Shown here piece after piece: positions 18,947-27,505 of a DNA stretch of 64,000 nucleotides (the stretch's first letter is position 1; the number at the start of each line of letters is the position of its first letter). The stretch is from Candidatus Fermentithermobacillaceae bacterium DTU015. GTDB taxonomy: Bacteria > Bacillota > Sulfobacillia > Fermentithermobacillales > Fermentithermobacillaceae. Below the pieces are notes generated by a model. It saw only the letters and a list, made by a program, of their open reading frames with translations, had not been told where the DNA came from and ran no database searches. Position numbers and translations under genes: made by a program. The DNA is taken from NCBI GenBank assembly GCA_001513185.1, contig LFST01000046.1:82161-146160 (forward strand), given 5' to 3'.

Positions 18947-19471
18947 ATGATGCAGGAAAGTAACACGGCAAGAAGGACGTTTCTGGTTGAATCTGCCGAT
19001 GAGACCAGGTACCTTGGGATGCTTCTGGGTTCCGAGCTTGAAGGCGGCGAGGTCATCCTGCTGGAAGGAACCTTAGGGGCGGGCAAGACCACCATGGTGC
19101 AAGGAATTGCCGCCGGGCTTGGTATACATGAACCTGTGAAGAGCCCAAGTTTCGTCCTGGAGAGGATCTACTGGGGCAGGCTGGTGCTCCATCATTTTGA
19201 TTTCTACAGGCTCACCCAGGAAGATATCATGGAAGCAGGCCTGCTTTACGATATAGACGAATCGGCAGTGGTAGTCATAGAGTGGCCTGAGCGTGCCGGC
19301 GAAGCTTTGCAGGGCTGGACTTTGAAAGTAACCATTGAGTTCTACGATGAACCGGTGAACTCAACGCGGGTGATAGCTGAAAACAAGCGCAAGATCACCC
19401 TTGAAAGCAGCGATGTAAGGTGGGTAGAAGTTATTGAAGCAATCTGGAGACACACGCAACAACACGCCTAA
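18947..19471 (+). CDS. tsaE: t6A biosynthesis ATPase TsaE
   Basis: GTLGAGKT P-loop, SPSF, HFDFYRL, IEWP. Confidence 0.93.
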   Translation: MMQESNTARRTFLVESADETRYLGMLLGSELEGGEVILLEGTLGAGKTTMVQGIAAGLGIHEPVKSPSFVLERIYWGRLVLHHFDFYRLTQEDIMEAGLLYDIDESAVVVIEWPERAGEALQGWTLKVTIEFYDEPVNSTRVIAENKRKITLESSDVRWVEVIEAIWRHTQQHA

Positions 19472-20216
19472 AGTCTTGGCAATCGAAACAACCACTGATC
19501 TTTTGGGTGTTGCCCTTGTAGAGGATACGGGCATACGTTGTGAATTTAAGGTTATAGAACCTATGATCCATTCAAAGATGCTGGTGCCTTTGTGTATACA
19601 TGCATTGGAGACGGCAGGGTGGGCACCCCAGGACCTTGATTGCCTGGCCGTGTCAGCGGGCCCTGGATCATTTACCGGGCTCAGGATAGGTTTCGCCATG
19701 GCACAAGGCTTAGGTTTTGCATTGGATAAGCCCATCGTCAAGGTGCCTACCTTCCAAGTTTACCTCAGGCAATGCTCGGCTTACCCAAGGCTTGCCATAG
19801 TGCAAGGCAGGGCACGTAGCCAAACAGTGTGCGCCTTGTACGAGCATGCTGTGCCCGAGATGTCAGACGGTGAGGAGGGTTTTCGCGAAATCCTTGCTCC
19901 TACCGCTGTGTCTTCCAAAGAGTTCTTGGACTATGTAGCGGATTACCTGGGCGATACCCCTTCGGTGCCTGTGTGGGTGACGGGGGATGCGGCTGAGCAG
20001 TTTGCCAAGCTGGCTTTGGAAGCTGAGATTGAGGGCGTCACGGCGGTTGCCCCCCACCTCAGGCTGCCTGCACCAGGGCTCTTAGGCCTGATTGGGCTCA
20101 GGATGTTCCTTGAAGGTGAGGCAGTGCCTGCAGCTGCAGCTCTGCCTGATTACTACCGGAAATCCCAGGCCGAAGTGGTATTTGCCCGCAAGGCAAAGGG
20201 GGAACGACTTGATTAG
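19434..20216 (+). CDS. tsaB: t6A biosynthesis protein TsaB
   Basis: LAIETT, HS..L, GPGSFTGLRIG, P.Y.RKSQAE; start uncertain. Confidence 0.9.
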   Translation: MKQSGDTRNNTPKVLAIETTTDLLGVALVEDTGIRCEFKVIEPMIHSKMLVPLCIHALETAGWAPQDLDCLAVSAGPGSFTGLRIGFAMAQGLGFALDKPIVKVPTFQVYLRQCSAYPRLAIVQGRARSQTVCALYEHAVPEMSDGEEGFREILAPTAVSSKEFLDYVADYLGDTPSVPVWVTGDAAEQFAKLALEAEIEGVTAVAPHLRLPAPGLLGLIGLRMFLEGEAVPAAAALPDYYRKSQAEVVFARKAKGERLD

Positions 20217-20709
20217 CGCTAAGAACCTTGTGATTAGCAAGATGACCCCAAGGGACCTTGACGAGGTGTTAGCTATCGAACGGCAGTCATATCCTACGCC
20301 GTGGTCCAGACATGCGTTTACTTCCGAACTCACGGCAAATGTGTATGCCCATTACTTCACAGCCCGCCTTGACGGCAAGCTGGTGGGCTATTTCGGGATG
20401 TGGGTGTTTTTTGACGAAGCCCATATCACCAACATAGCAGTTCATCCCGACTTCCGGCGCCAAGGCATAGGTGAGCAGATGATGCGGTTTGCGTTTAAGA
20501 AAGCCAGGGAGCTGGGGGCCACTAAGATGACCCTCGAGGTCAGGCTTTCCAACCATGGTGCCCAAGCGCTTTACCGGAAACTCGGGTTCCAGGACAGGGG
20601 CATACGCAAAGGCTATTACTCCGATACCAACGAAGATGCCATCATCATGTGGAAAGATGATCTAGGCCCAGACTCCCCGCAAGAAGACAAAGTCAAGTGG
20701 ATGCTATAG
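20209..20709 (+). CDS. rimI: Ribosomal protein S18 alanine N-acetyltransferase RimI
   Basis: PWS, EAHITNIAVHP.FRRQGIG, LEVRLSN, RKGYY...EDA; TTG start 20209 behind AAAGGGGG. Confidence 0.92.
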   Translation: MISAKNLVISKMTPRDLDEVLAIERQSYPTPWSRHAFTSELTANVYAHYFTARLDGKLVGYFGMWVFFDEAHITNIAVHPDFRRQGIGEQMMRFAFKKARELGATKMTLEVRLSNHGAQALYRKLGFQDRGIRKGYYSDTNEDAIIMWKDDLGPDSPQEDKVKWML

Positions 20710-21613
20710 TGGCCGAGTTAATGTCGTCCCTGGCTTTTTCCGCTGCCTTGGCCATGGCTTCCAGGATGTCAGCGTGATCCGGATTGGGGTGGCTTTCGTA
20801 GGCGAAAATAATGCCCCTGGAGGAAGCCACCACTGCGCCTGTGCCATCGGGGTAAAACGCCGGCTTTACATCGTCAGGGGTTCCCCCTTGTGCGCCGTAA
20901 CCTGGTACGAGGAACACGGCCTTGGGCATGATTTGCCTCATGAGTTCCAGGTGCTCAGGGTAAGTGGCTCCTACCACCGCACCTATGTTTGAAAAGCCCG
21001 ACGTACCTATGTTGGATCTTCCCAAGCTGTCCACGGCTTCTGCCACCTTGGCCGCCACAGATCCCGGAGCCTCCTCAGGCCTGTCTACCACCTTAAGGTC
21101 TTGAAATGCGCAGGAACCTGGGTTGGACGTTTTGACCAGCACAAACAGGCCGCACCCGTTTCGCTTTGCCATTGCTACAAATGGTTCTAGGGTGTCAGGT
21201 CCAAGATAGGGATTTACGGTGAGCGCGTCCGCAAAAAACTCAGACTCAGGGTGGAGGTAAGCCTGGGCGTAGGCGCTTGCGGTGTGGCCTATATCGCCCC
21301 GCTTTGCGTCAAGGATCACAGGGATGCCGTGTCTCCTGGCGTTTTGGATGCATGAAGCCAGGGCCTTCCAGCCCAAGATCCCCATGCTTTCGAAAAACGC
21401 TGCTTGGGGCTTGACCGCGCATGCGTAGGCTTGGGCTATCTCTATGACGGTAGAACAGAAGGCGTCCAGCAGGTACTCATCGGATTTGCCCGGGAAGGCG
21501 CCCCTGAACTTGGAATCCGGGGCAAGCAGCCGTCTTGGGTCAGGATCGATGCCGATTACAATCCTTGAACCGGTGCTACTTATCCGGCCGTAAAGCTTAT
21601 CTGCAAAGTGCAT
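20693..21613 (-). CDS. pyrF: Orotidine-5'-phosphate decarboxylase
   Basis: GIDP, KPQAAFFE, DAKRGDIGHT, NPYLG, KTSNPGS, VVGAT, PGYGAQGG, SSRGI; ATG 21613 behind GAGGT. Confidence 0.95.
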   Translation of the reverse strand: MHFADKLYGRISSTGSRIVIGIDPDPRRLLAPDSKFRGAFPGKSDEYLLDAFCSTVIEIAQAYACAVKPQAAFFESMGILGWKALASCIQNARRHGIPVILDAKRGDIGHTASAYAQAYLHPESEFFADALTVNPYLGPDTLEPFVAMAKRNGCGLFVLVKTSNPGSCAFQDLKVVDRPEEAPGSVAAKVAEAVDSLGRSNIGTSGFSNIGAVVGATYPEHLELMRQIMPKAVFLVPGYGAQGGTPDDVKPAFYPDGTGAVVASSRGIIFAYESHPNPDHADILEAMAKAAEKARDDINSATIAST

Positions 21614-21803
21614 CTTACCTACCTCGCAATCCAAGGAAATCGCTTCACTTAAAGATTTCATGAATGGCCCGGGCTGTCAATAGTGCACCGACTATACCCG
21701 GAGTTGCGCTGGGCAGGGTACTTCAGGGCAAAGCCTGTCAAACCCTAGGGACTGTGCCGCGGGATTCAGGGTATAATTGGGATAAGTTTTGAGAGGTGAT
21801 CGC

Positions 21804-22838
21804 ATGCTCATACTTGGGATTGACACATCTTGCGATGATACTTCGTGTGCTGTTGTCAAAGACGGGCGTCAGGTCTTGTCGAATATCGTAGCTTCCCAGA
21901 CCAAGCTCCACGAGAAGTTTGGAGGGGTTGTGCCTGAAATAGCTTCCAGGAGACATCTGGAGGTGCTCGTGCCTGCGTGTCAGGAGGCTCTCCAGCAGGC
22001 AGGAGTGACCCTCAAGGATATTGACGGGATTGCTGTTACCAACGGGCCTGGCCTTTTGGGCTCCCTCCTGGTCGGGGTTGGTTTTGCCAAGGCCCTGGCA
22101 TATGCAGCCAAAGTCCCGCTAATCGACGTCCACCACATCGCAGGACATATCTACGCCAACTTCCTTGGCGAAACCCTGCCTGAATTCCCCCTGCTCAACC
22201 TGGTGGTGTCAGGAGGGCACTCTGAGCTCATCCTGATGGAATCCCACGGGCAGTTTCGTTTGTTGGGGGAAACCAGGGACGATGCCGCAGGGGAAGTGTT
22301 TGACAAAGTCGCCAGAGAGATGGGGCTGGGTTATCCCGGCGGGCCGTACCTAGACCGTCTGGCCGAAACAGGAGATCCCGCCAGGATACCGTTTCCGCTG
22401 CCTAAGATCCGTGGCTCCAGGTACGATTACAGTTTTTCAGGGATTAAGACCCGGGCGCTGCTGGAACTTGAAGCGGGTGAAAAGAGCGAAGCGTTCATGC
22501 GTGATTTGGCGGCCGGCTTCAGGAAGGGCGTGGTCGATCAACTTTTGAACCCCGTAGAAGACCTTATAAGACAAACCGGCGCCAGGGGTTTTGCCCTGTC
22601 GGGAGGGGTTGCAGCCAACAGGCTGCTCAGGCGGGAGAGCCAGGCGCTGGCCCAAAAACTCAACATCCCGCTGTTCGTGCCCCCGATGGAACTGTGTACC
22701 GACAACGGGGCTATGATCGCGTCAGCCGGATACTACAAGTACAAGCTGACCGGCGGCAGCCGTTCTCAGCTTGAAACCTTGTTGCTGGAATGCTCCGCAG
22801 GGCTGCCGCTTCGGTCGTGGGAGGTGGATGTGGGATGA
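21804..22838 (+). CDS. tsaD: tRNA N6-adenosine threonylcarbamoyltransferase TsaD
   Basis: LGIDTSCDDT, GGVVPEIASRRH, HHIAGH, VSGGH, DDAAGE.FDK, SFSGIKT, CTDNGAMI; TATAAT at 21772-21777 upstream. Confidence 0.96.
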   Translation: MLILGIDTSCDDTSCAVVKDGRQVLSNIVASQTKLHEKFGGVVPEIASRRHLEVLVPACQEALQQAGVTLKDIDGIAVTNGPGLLGSLLVGVGFAKALAYAAKVPLIDVHHIAGHIYANFLGETLPEFPLLNLVVSGGHSELILMESHGQFRLLGETRDDAAGEVFDKVAREMGLGYPGGPYLDRLAETGDPARIPFPLPKIRGSRYDYSFSGIKTRALLELEAGEKSEAFMRDLAAGFRKGVVDQLLNPVEDLIRQTGARGFALSGGVAANRLLRRESQALAQKLNIPLFVPPMELCTDNGAMIASAGYYKYKLTGGSRSQLETLLLECSAGLPLRSWEVDVG

Positions 22839-24172
22839 CGCTCCAACGGATCCCGCCTCCGTCTATGGAAGCCATGCTGTACCATGCCCAGATGGAAGGG
22901 GTCCTGCCCCTTACTTCCCAATGCAACATGGGCTGTATCTTCTGTTCCAATGCGTACAACCCTGAGACCTGCGAGGTGTTTAGCATCCCTCCCAGGCCCC
23001 TCTCTGACATCGAAGCCACTATACTCTGGCTTACAGGCTCCAGGGGGCCTATCGTGATCGGTGAATCGATTACCAGGATCAATGAAGGGGAACCTCTTAC
23101 CCATCCGGAGTTTGCTGCCATCCTCGAACTGTTGCGGGAACACTATCCTGACAGGATCATCAGGGTTACCACCAACGCTTCACTGCTCACACACGATCTT
23201 ATCAAACGGCTTTCAGATCTTGACGTGGAGCTGATGGTGTCCCTTAACACCGTGGGCCACAGAGAGCGGATCATGGGTGACAAGGAGCCCGAAAAGACCT
23301 TGCGCAATGTGGAAGCCCTGGGAGGCAAGGTGAGATTCGAAGGCAGTATAGTTGCACTCCCTTTTCTCACGGGCTGGGAGGATGTGAGGGATACTGCCAA
23401 GTTTCTGAAAGACTCTGGTGCGTGGTCTATAAGGATGATGGCGCCGGGATTTTCAAGGTATCACCCGCTTAGCAAGTACGCAGCCGAGTTCAAACTGGAT
23501 GAAGCCAGGGAAGTTGCCCGGGACCTCCAGAAAACACTTAAAATCCCTGTATTGTTTGAACCTCCTGGAATTACCACCATAACTCCGGAAGTTGAATACG
23601 TGCTGCCCAGGTCTCCGGCGAGACGGGCAGGGCTGAGGCCGGGGGACGTGATCACACATGTGCTTAGGCGGCCGGTGATGACCAGGAAGGAAGCCTTTGA
23701 GCGGATAAGGGATCACGCCAAGCCTCAGGTGGTTTACAACAGAGAAGGGGGCATTTACGAGACTGTGATCAACAAGCACAGATTCCAACCTTCAGGGTTG
23801 GTGATGTACGATGACCTGGACACTGAAGCATGGTTTGAATGGGAACTCAAGTCCAGGGTAAAGCGCAGGCGGGTGTTGGTGCTTACCTCGGAACTGGCAA
23901 AACCGATTATCGAACATGCCTTGGAAGTACGGAACTTGGAGGCAAGGGTTGAGGCTGTACCTTCGTTGTTCTTCGGAGGCAATATCGGCGCCGCCGGCCT
24001 GCTTACCGTGAGAGATTTCCTCGCCAAGTACGAGCAGATCGGCGGTTCAGGTTACGAACCTGACGTGGTGACCCTGCCTAAGAGGGCTTTTGACCCCTGG
24101 GGCAGGGACCTGGAAGGCATAAGCTACAGAAGTTTTGAGCAAATCTCGGGGAAACCTGTTGTACTTGCGTAA
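22835..24172 (+). CDS. Radical SAM protein with internal PDZ and C-terminal DUF512-like region
   Basis: CNMGCIFC motif, GEPLTHP, TTNA; SPARRAGLRPGDVI (PDZ); FFGGNIGAAGLLT (DUF512-like); ATGA overlap with tsaD. Confidence 0.8.
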   Translation: MTLQRIPPPSMEAMLYHAQMEGVLPLTSQCNMGCIFCSNAYNPETCEVFSIPPRPLSDIEATILWLTGSRGPIVIGESITRINEGEPLTHPEFAAILELLREHYPDRIIRVTTNASLLTHDLIKRLSDLDVELMVSLNTVGHRERIMGDKEPEKTLRNVEALGGKVRFEGSIVALPFLTGWEDVRDTAKFLKDSGAWSIRMMAPGFSRYHPLSKYAAEFKLDEAREVARDLQKTLKIPVLFEPPGITTITPEVEYVLPRSPARRAGLRPGDVITHVLRRPVMTRKEAFERIRDHAKPQVVYNREGGIYETVINKHRFQPSGLVMYDDLDTEAWFEWELKSRVKRRRVLVLTSELAKPIIEHALEVRNLEARVEAVPSLFFGGNIGAAGLLTVRDFLAKYEQIGGSGYEPDVVTLPKRAFDPWGRDLEGISYRSFEQISGKPVVLA

Positions 24173-24178
24173 GTATTG

Positions 24179-24205
24179 GCAGGATTGTCCGGCGTTCCAG
24201 AGAAT
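24179..24205 (+). promoter_or_regulatory. Putative sigma-H-type promoter of the M42 operon
   Basis: GCAGGATTG-N11-AGAGAAT. Confidence 0.5.
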
Positions 24206-24244
24206 GTTAATCATACAACATACGTTGCTTAGGGGGTTAGGCGA

Positions 24245-25306
24245 TTGGACTTAAAAGAGTTCCTTAAGAAGGCCTCGCTGGCCCATGGGGTATCCGGTTT
24301 TGAGTACATGCATATCGCCCAAGTGGTGAAAGATGCAATGGCGGGCCTGGTAGATGAAGTCAAGACCGACGCGCTTGGCAACGTCATAGGGATAAAGAAC
24401 GGCCACGGTCCTGATCCAAGGCCCCGGATAATGCTTGCAGGCCATATGGACGAAATCGGCCTTATGGTCACCAAGATTGAGGAAGGCGGGTTCCTGAGAT
24501 TTGCCCCTGTAGGCGGGGTAGATCAGCGGGTCCTGCCTGGCCATGAAGTAATCGTTTACGGCAAGCGGCCGCTTACAGGAGTAATCGGAGTGAAGCCACC
24601 CCACCTCACTTCACCTGAAGAGACCAAGAAGGCCCACAAGATGGAAGACCTGTTCATCGACACCGGCTTGCCTGAAGCAGAAGTGAGGAACCTGGTCCGC
24701 GTAGGCGACGTGGTCACCTTCAAGCGCCAGGTGAGCGAGCTTATGGGTGACAGGCTATCAGGCAAGGCCCTGGACGACAGAGCAGGGGTTGCGGTCATTT
24801 TGGCTTGCCTGGAAGAACTCAAGAAGTACAAGGTGGACGCAGACGTATACGCCGTAGCTACCAGCCAAGAAGAAGTAAGCTTAGGGGGCGCCCTGGTTTC
24901 GTCTTACGGTCTCCAGCCGGACATCGGCATAGCCATCGACGTGTGCCACGGTGAGACCCCAGGGGTGCCTGAATGGCGGACCTCATCTGTAGGCAAAGGC
25001 CCGGCGCTGGCCCAAGGTGCCAACATTCATCCCAAGGTGTTTGAGGCACTTGAAAAGGCCGCCAAAGAAGTGGGCGTAAGCGTACAAAAAGAGATCGCGC
25101 CTGCAGCCACAGGTACTGATGCATGGGCCATCCAGGTGACCAGGGCAGGAGTTGCCACAGGCCTGGTTTCCATCCCTTTGAGGTACATGCACACGTCAGT
25201 TGAGACCCTTTCAATGGGCGATATAGAGGGGGCAGGCAGGTTATTGGCCAGGTTTATTGCGTCGGTGGACGCAGGTTTTGTGAAGGAGTTGAAGACATGG
25301 ATCTGA
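24245..25306 (+). CDS. M42 family (TET) aminopeptidase, copy 1
   Basis: GHMDEIG, GGVD, KALDDRAG, QEEV, DV, GTDA, RYMH. Confidence 0.92.
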   Translation: MDLKEFLKKASLAHGVSGFEYMHIAQVVKDAMAGLVDEVKTDALGNVIGIKNGHGPDPRPRIMLAGHMDEIGLMVTKIEEGGFLRFAPVGGVDQRVLPGHEVIVYGKRPLTGVIGVKPPHLTSPEETKKAHKMEDLFIDTGLPEAEVRNLVRVGDVVTFKRQVSELMGDRLSGKALDDRAGVAVILACLEELKKYKVDADVYAVATSQEEVSLGGALVSSYGLQPDIGIAIDVCHGETPGVPEWRTSSVGKGPALAQGANIHPKVFEALEKAAKEVGVSVQKEIAPAATGTDAWAIQVTRAGVATGLVSIPLRYMHTSVETLSMGDIEGAGRLLARFIASVDAGFVKELKTWI

Positions 25307-26316
25307 GGACTCTCACTTCACTTTCAGGGGTATCCGGAAACGAAAACGAAGTAAGGTCTGCGATAATAAAACAACTTGAGTCCATGGGGATTGATTATGA
25401 GTGCGACGTGATGGGCAACGTAATCGCCAAGCAGGGCAACCAGGGCCCCAAGGTTATGATCGACGCCCACATGGACGAAGTGGGGCTTGTAATCACCCAC
25501 ATTGAGAAGAACGGGTTCTTGAGGTTTGCCCGTGTGGGCGGGATAGATCCCCGGGTATTGGTTTCCAAGCGGGTGCTCGTGGGGAAGGACAAAATTCCCG
25601 GTGTGATAGGGGCTAAAGCCATTCACCTTCAAGAACGGGATGAAAGGTCACGTGTAATCCCCATAGACCAGCTGTTTATCGATATCGGTGCCGAATCCAG
25701 GGAACAGGCCCAGGGCAAGGTCAAACCCGGCGACTACGTGGTGTTCGATACAGAGTACGAAGAACTTGCCCCTGGGATCATCAAGGCCAAGGCGCTGGAT
25801 GACAGGGTCGGATGTGCCCTGCTGCTTGAAATCCTCAAGCAAGATTGGCAGGACGTACAGGTATATGCAGTGTTCTCGGTCCAGGAAGAGATCGGGCTCA
25901 GGGGAGCCAGGGTAGCTGCGTTTGCAGTTGAGCCTGACATGGGTATCGCGCTTGAGGGCACGGTTTGCGCCGACATACCTGGGACGGACAAAGAGTTTCA
26001 GGCAACCAGGCTGGGCAAAGGTGCTGCCCTGAGCATCATGGACAGAGGCTCTATACCCAACCGTGCAATGCTGGATCAACTGATTAAGATCGCCGAGTCC
26101 GAGGGAATTGCCTATCAGTTCAGGGAAGCTACGTCAGGGGGCAACGACGCAGGCGCCATCCAGCAAGCCAAGGCAGGTTGTCCGGTAGTATCGGTATCAG
26201 TACCATGCCGGTACATACATACCCCCTGTTCCATCATGTCAATGTCAGATTTTGAAGCTGCGCGCAAATTGGTCATCAAGTTCCTAGAGAGTGTTGAGGG
26301 AGGTTTCAGGCCGTGA
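25297..26316 (+). CDS. M42 family (TET) aminopeptidase, copy 2
   Basis: AHMDEVG, KALDDRVG, QEEIGLRGA, GGNDAG, RYIH. Confidence 0.92.
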   Translation: MDLRTLTSLSGVSGNENEVRSAIIKQLESMGIDYECDVMGNVIAKQGNQGPKVMIDAHMDEVGLVITHIEKNGFLRFARVGGIDPRVLVSKRVLVGKDKIPGVIGAKAIHLQERDERSRVIPIDQLFIDIGAESREQAQGKVKPGDYVVFDTEYEELAPGIIKAKALDDRVGCALLLEILKQDWQDVQVYAVFSVQEEIGLRGARVAAFAVEPDMGIALEGTVCADIPGTDKEFQATRLGKGAALSIMDRGSIPNRAMLDQLIKIAESEGIAYQFREATSGGNDAGAIQQAKAGCPVVSVSVPCRYIHTPCSIMSMSDFEAARKLVIKFLESVEGGFRP

Positions 26317-27308
26317 AAGACCTTATCAAGCGACTCACTGAAACTTTTGGGCCTGCAGGTTCCGAGGGGCCTATAAGGGAACTTATTAGGAAAGAAGTGG
26401 AGCCCTACGTTGACGAGATAAAGGTAGACGCTTTGGGCAACCTCATATGCCTTAAGAAGGGGACCGGCGGAGGCAAAAAGGTAATCTTGGACGCCCATAT
26501 GGACGAAATCGGTGTCATAGTGACCCATATAGACGAAAATGGTTTCCTGAGGTTCAGCAATATCGGCGGGGTATCCCCAGTGGTTGCCCTTGGGCAACGG
26601 GTGTACTTCGAAAACGGGACTTTCGGTGTAATCGGGAGCGAAAAGCTGGATGACATAAAGGATCTCAAGCTCGACAAACTCTTCATCGACATCGGCGCCA
26701 CCAGCCTTGAAGAAGCTGCCAAGAAGGTCAAGGTAGGCGACATGGCCGCGTTCTACCAGCCTGCAATCGACCTGGGCAACCGTATGGTGGCCAAAGCCAT
26801 GGATGACAGGATCGGGTGTGCAGTGGTGATTGAAGCCTTGAAGCGGCTCAAGCAGACCCAGCACGACATCTACGCCGTGTTTGCCGCCCAGGAAGAAGTG
26901 GGGCTACGGGGAGCCAGGGTGGCGGCCTACGGGATCGATCCCGATGTGGGCATAGCTTTTGACGTTACCCGGACCGGAGATACCCCCAAGGCCCACACCA
27001 TGGAAGTATCCCTGGGCAAAGGGGCAGCTATAAAGGTCAAGGATATGAGCCTCATCTGCCATCCCGGACTCAGGAATTATCTTGTCAAACTGGCCGAAGA
27101 CAATGACATCCCGTACCAGATGGAAGTACTGGAGCGAGGAGGCACAGACTCGGGCGCCATCCAGCTCACGCGCGCGGGAGTACCTGCCGGGGTGATATCC
27201 ATTCCGTCAAGGTACATCCACAGCCCCAGCGAGATGGTGGACTTGGGGGACGTGGAAGCCTGCGTCAAGCTGTGCGTGGCTGCGTGTGAGAGCCCCTTGG
27301 ATTTCTGA
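26313..27308 (+). CDS. M42 family (TET) aminopeptidase, copy 3
   Basis: AHMDEIG, KAMDDRIG, QEEVGLRGA, GGTDSG, RYIHSP. Confidence 0.92.
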   Translation: MKDLIKRLTETFGPAGSEGPIRELIRKEVEPYVDEIKVDALGNLICLKKGTGGGKKVILDAHMDEIGVIVTHIDENGFLRFSNIGGVSPVVALGQRVYFENGTFGVIGSEKLDDIKDLKLDKLFIDIGATSLEEAAKKVKVGDMAAFYQPAIDLGNRMVAKAMDDRIGCAVVIEALKRLKQTQHDIYAVFAAQEEVGLRGARVAAYGIDPDVGIAFDVTRTGDTPKAHTMEVSLGKGAAIKVKDMSLICHPGLRNYLVKLAEDNDIPYQMEVLERGGTDSGAIQLTRAGVPAGVISIPSRYIHSPSEMVDLGDVEACVKLCVAACESPLDF

Positions 27309-27362
27309 GCAGGAACCGAAACTTAAGGCACAAAAATCCCTGTGGTGACAATAACTTATAAA

Positions 27363-27406
27363 GGCGGCTCCCCCGGTCAGCTGAGGGGAGCCGCCCTGTA
27401 TTTTCG
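27363..27406. terminator. Hairpin terminator between convergent M42 operon and amidase
   Basis: GGCGGCTCCCC (27363-27373) / GGGGAGCCGCC (27385-27395) inverted repeat. Confidence 0.7.
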
Positions 27407-27505
27407 GCTTTTCCGGCGAGGCTGTCGTGAGCGTGGCCGCTGTGATGGTGCCGGCCGCTGTTGATGCTGCCTGCGTGTCCGTCGGCAGCAGGTTGCGCCC
27501 TGGTT

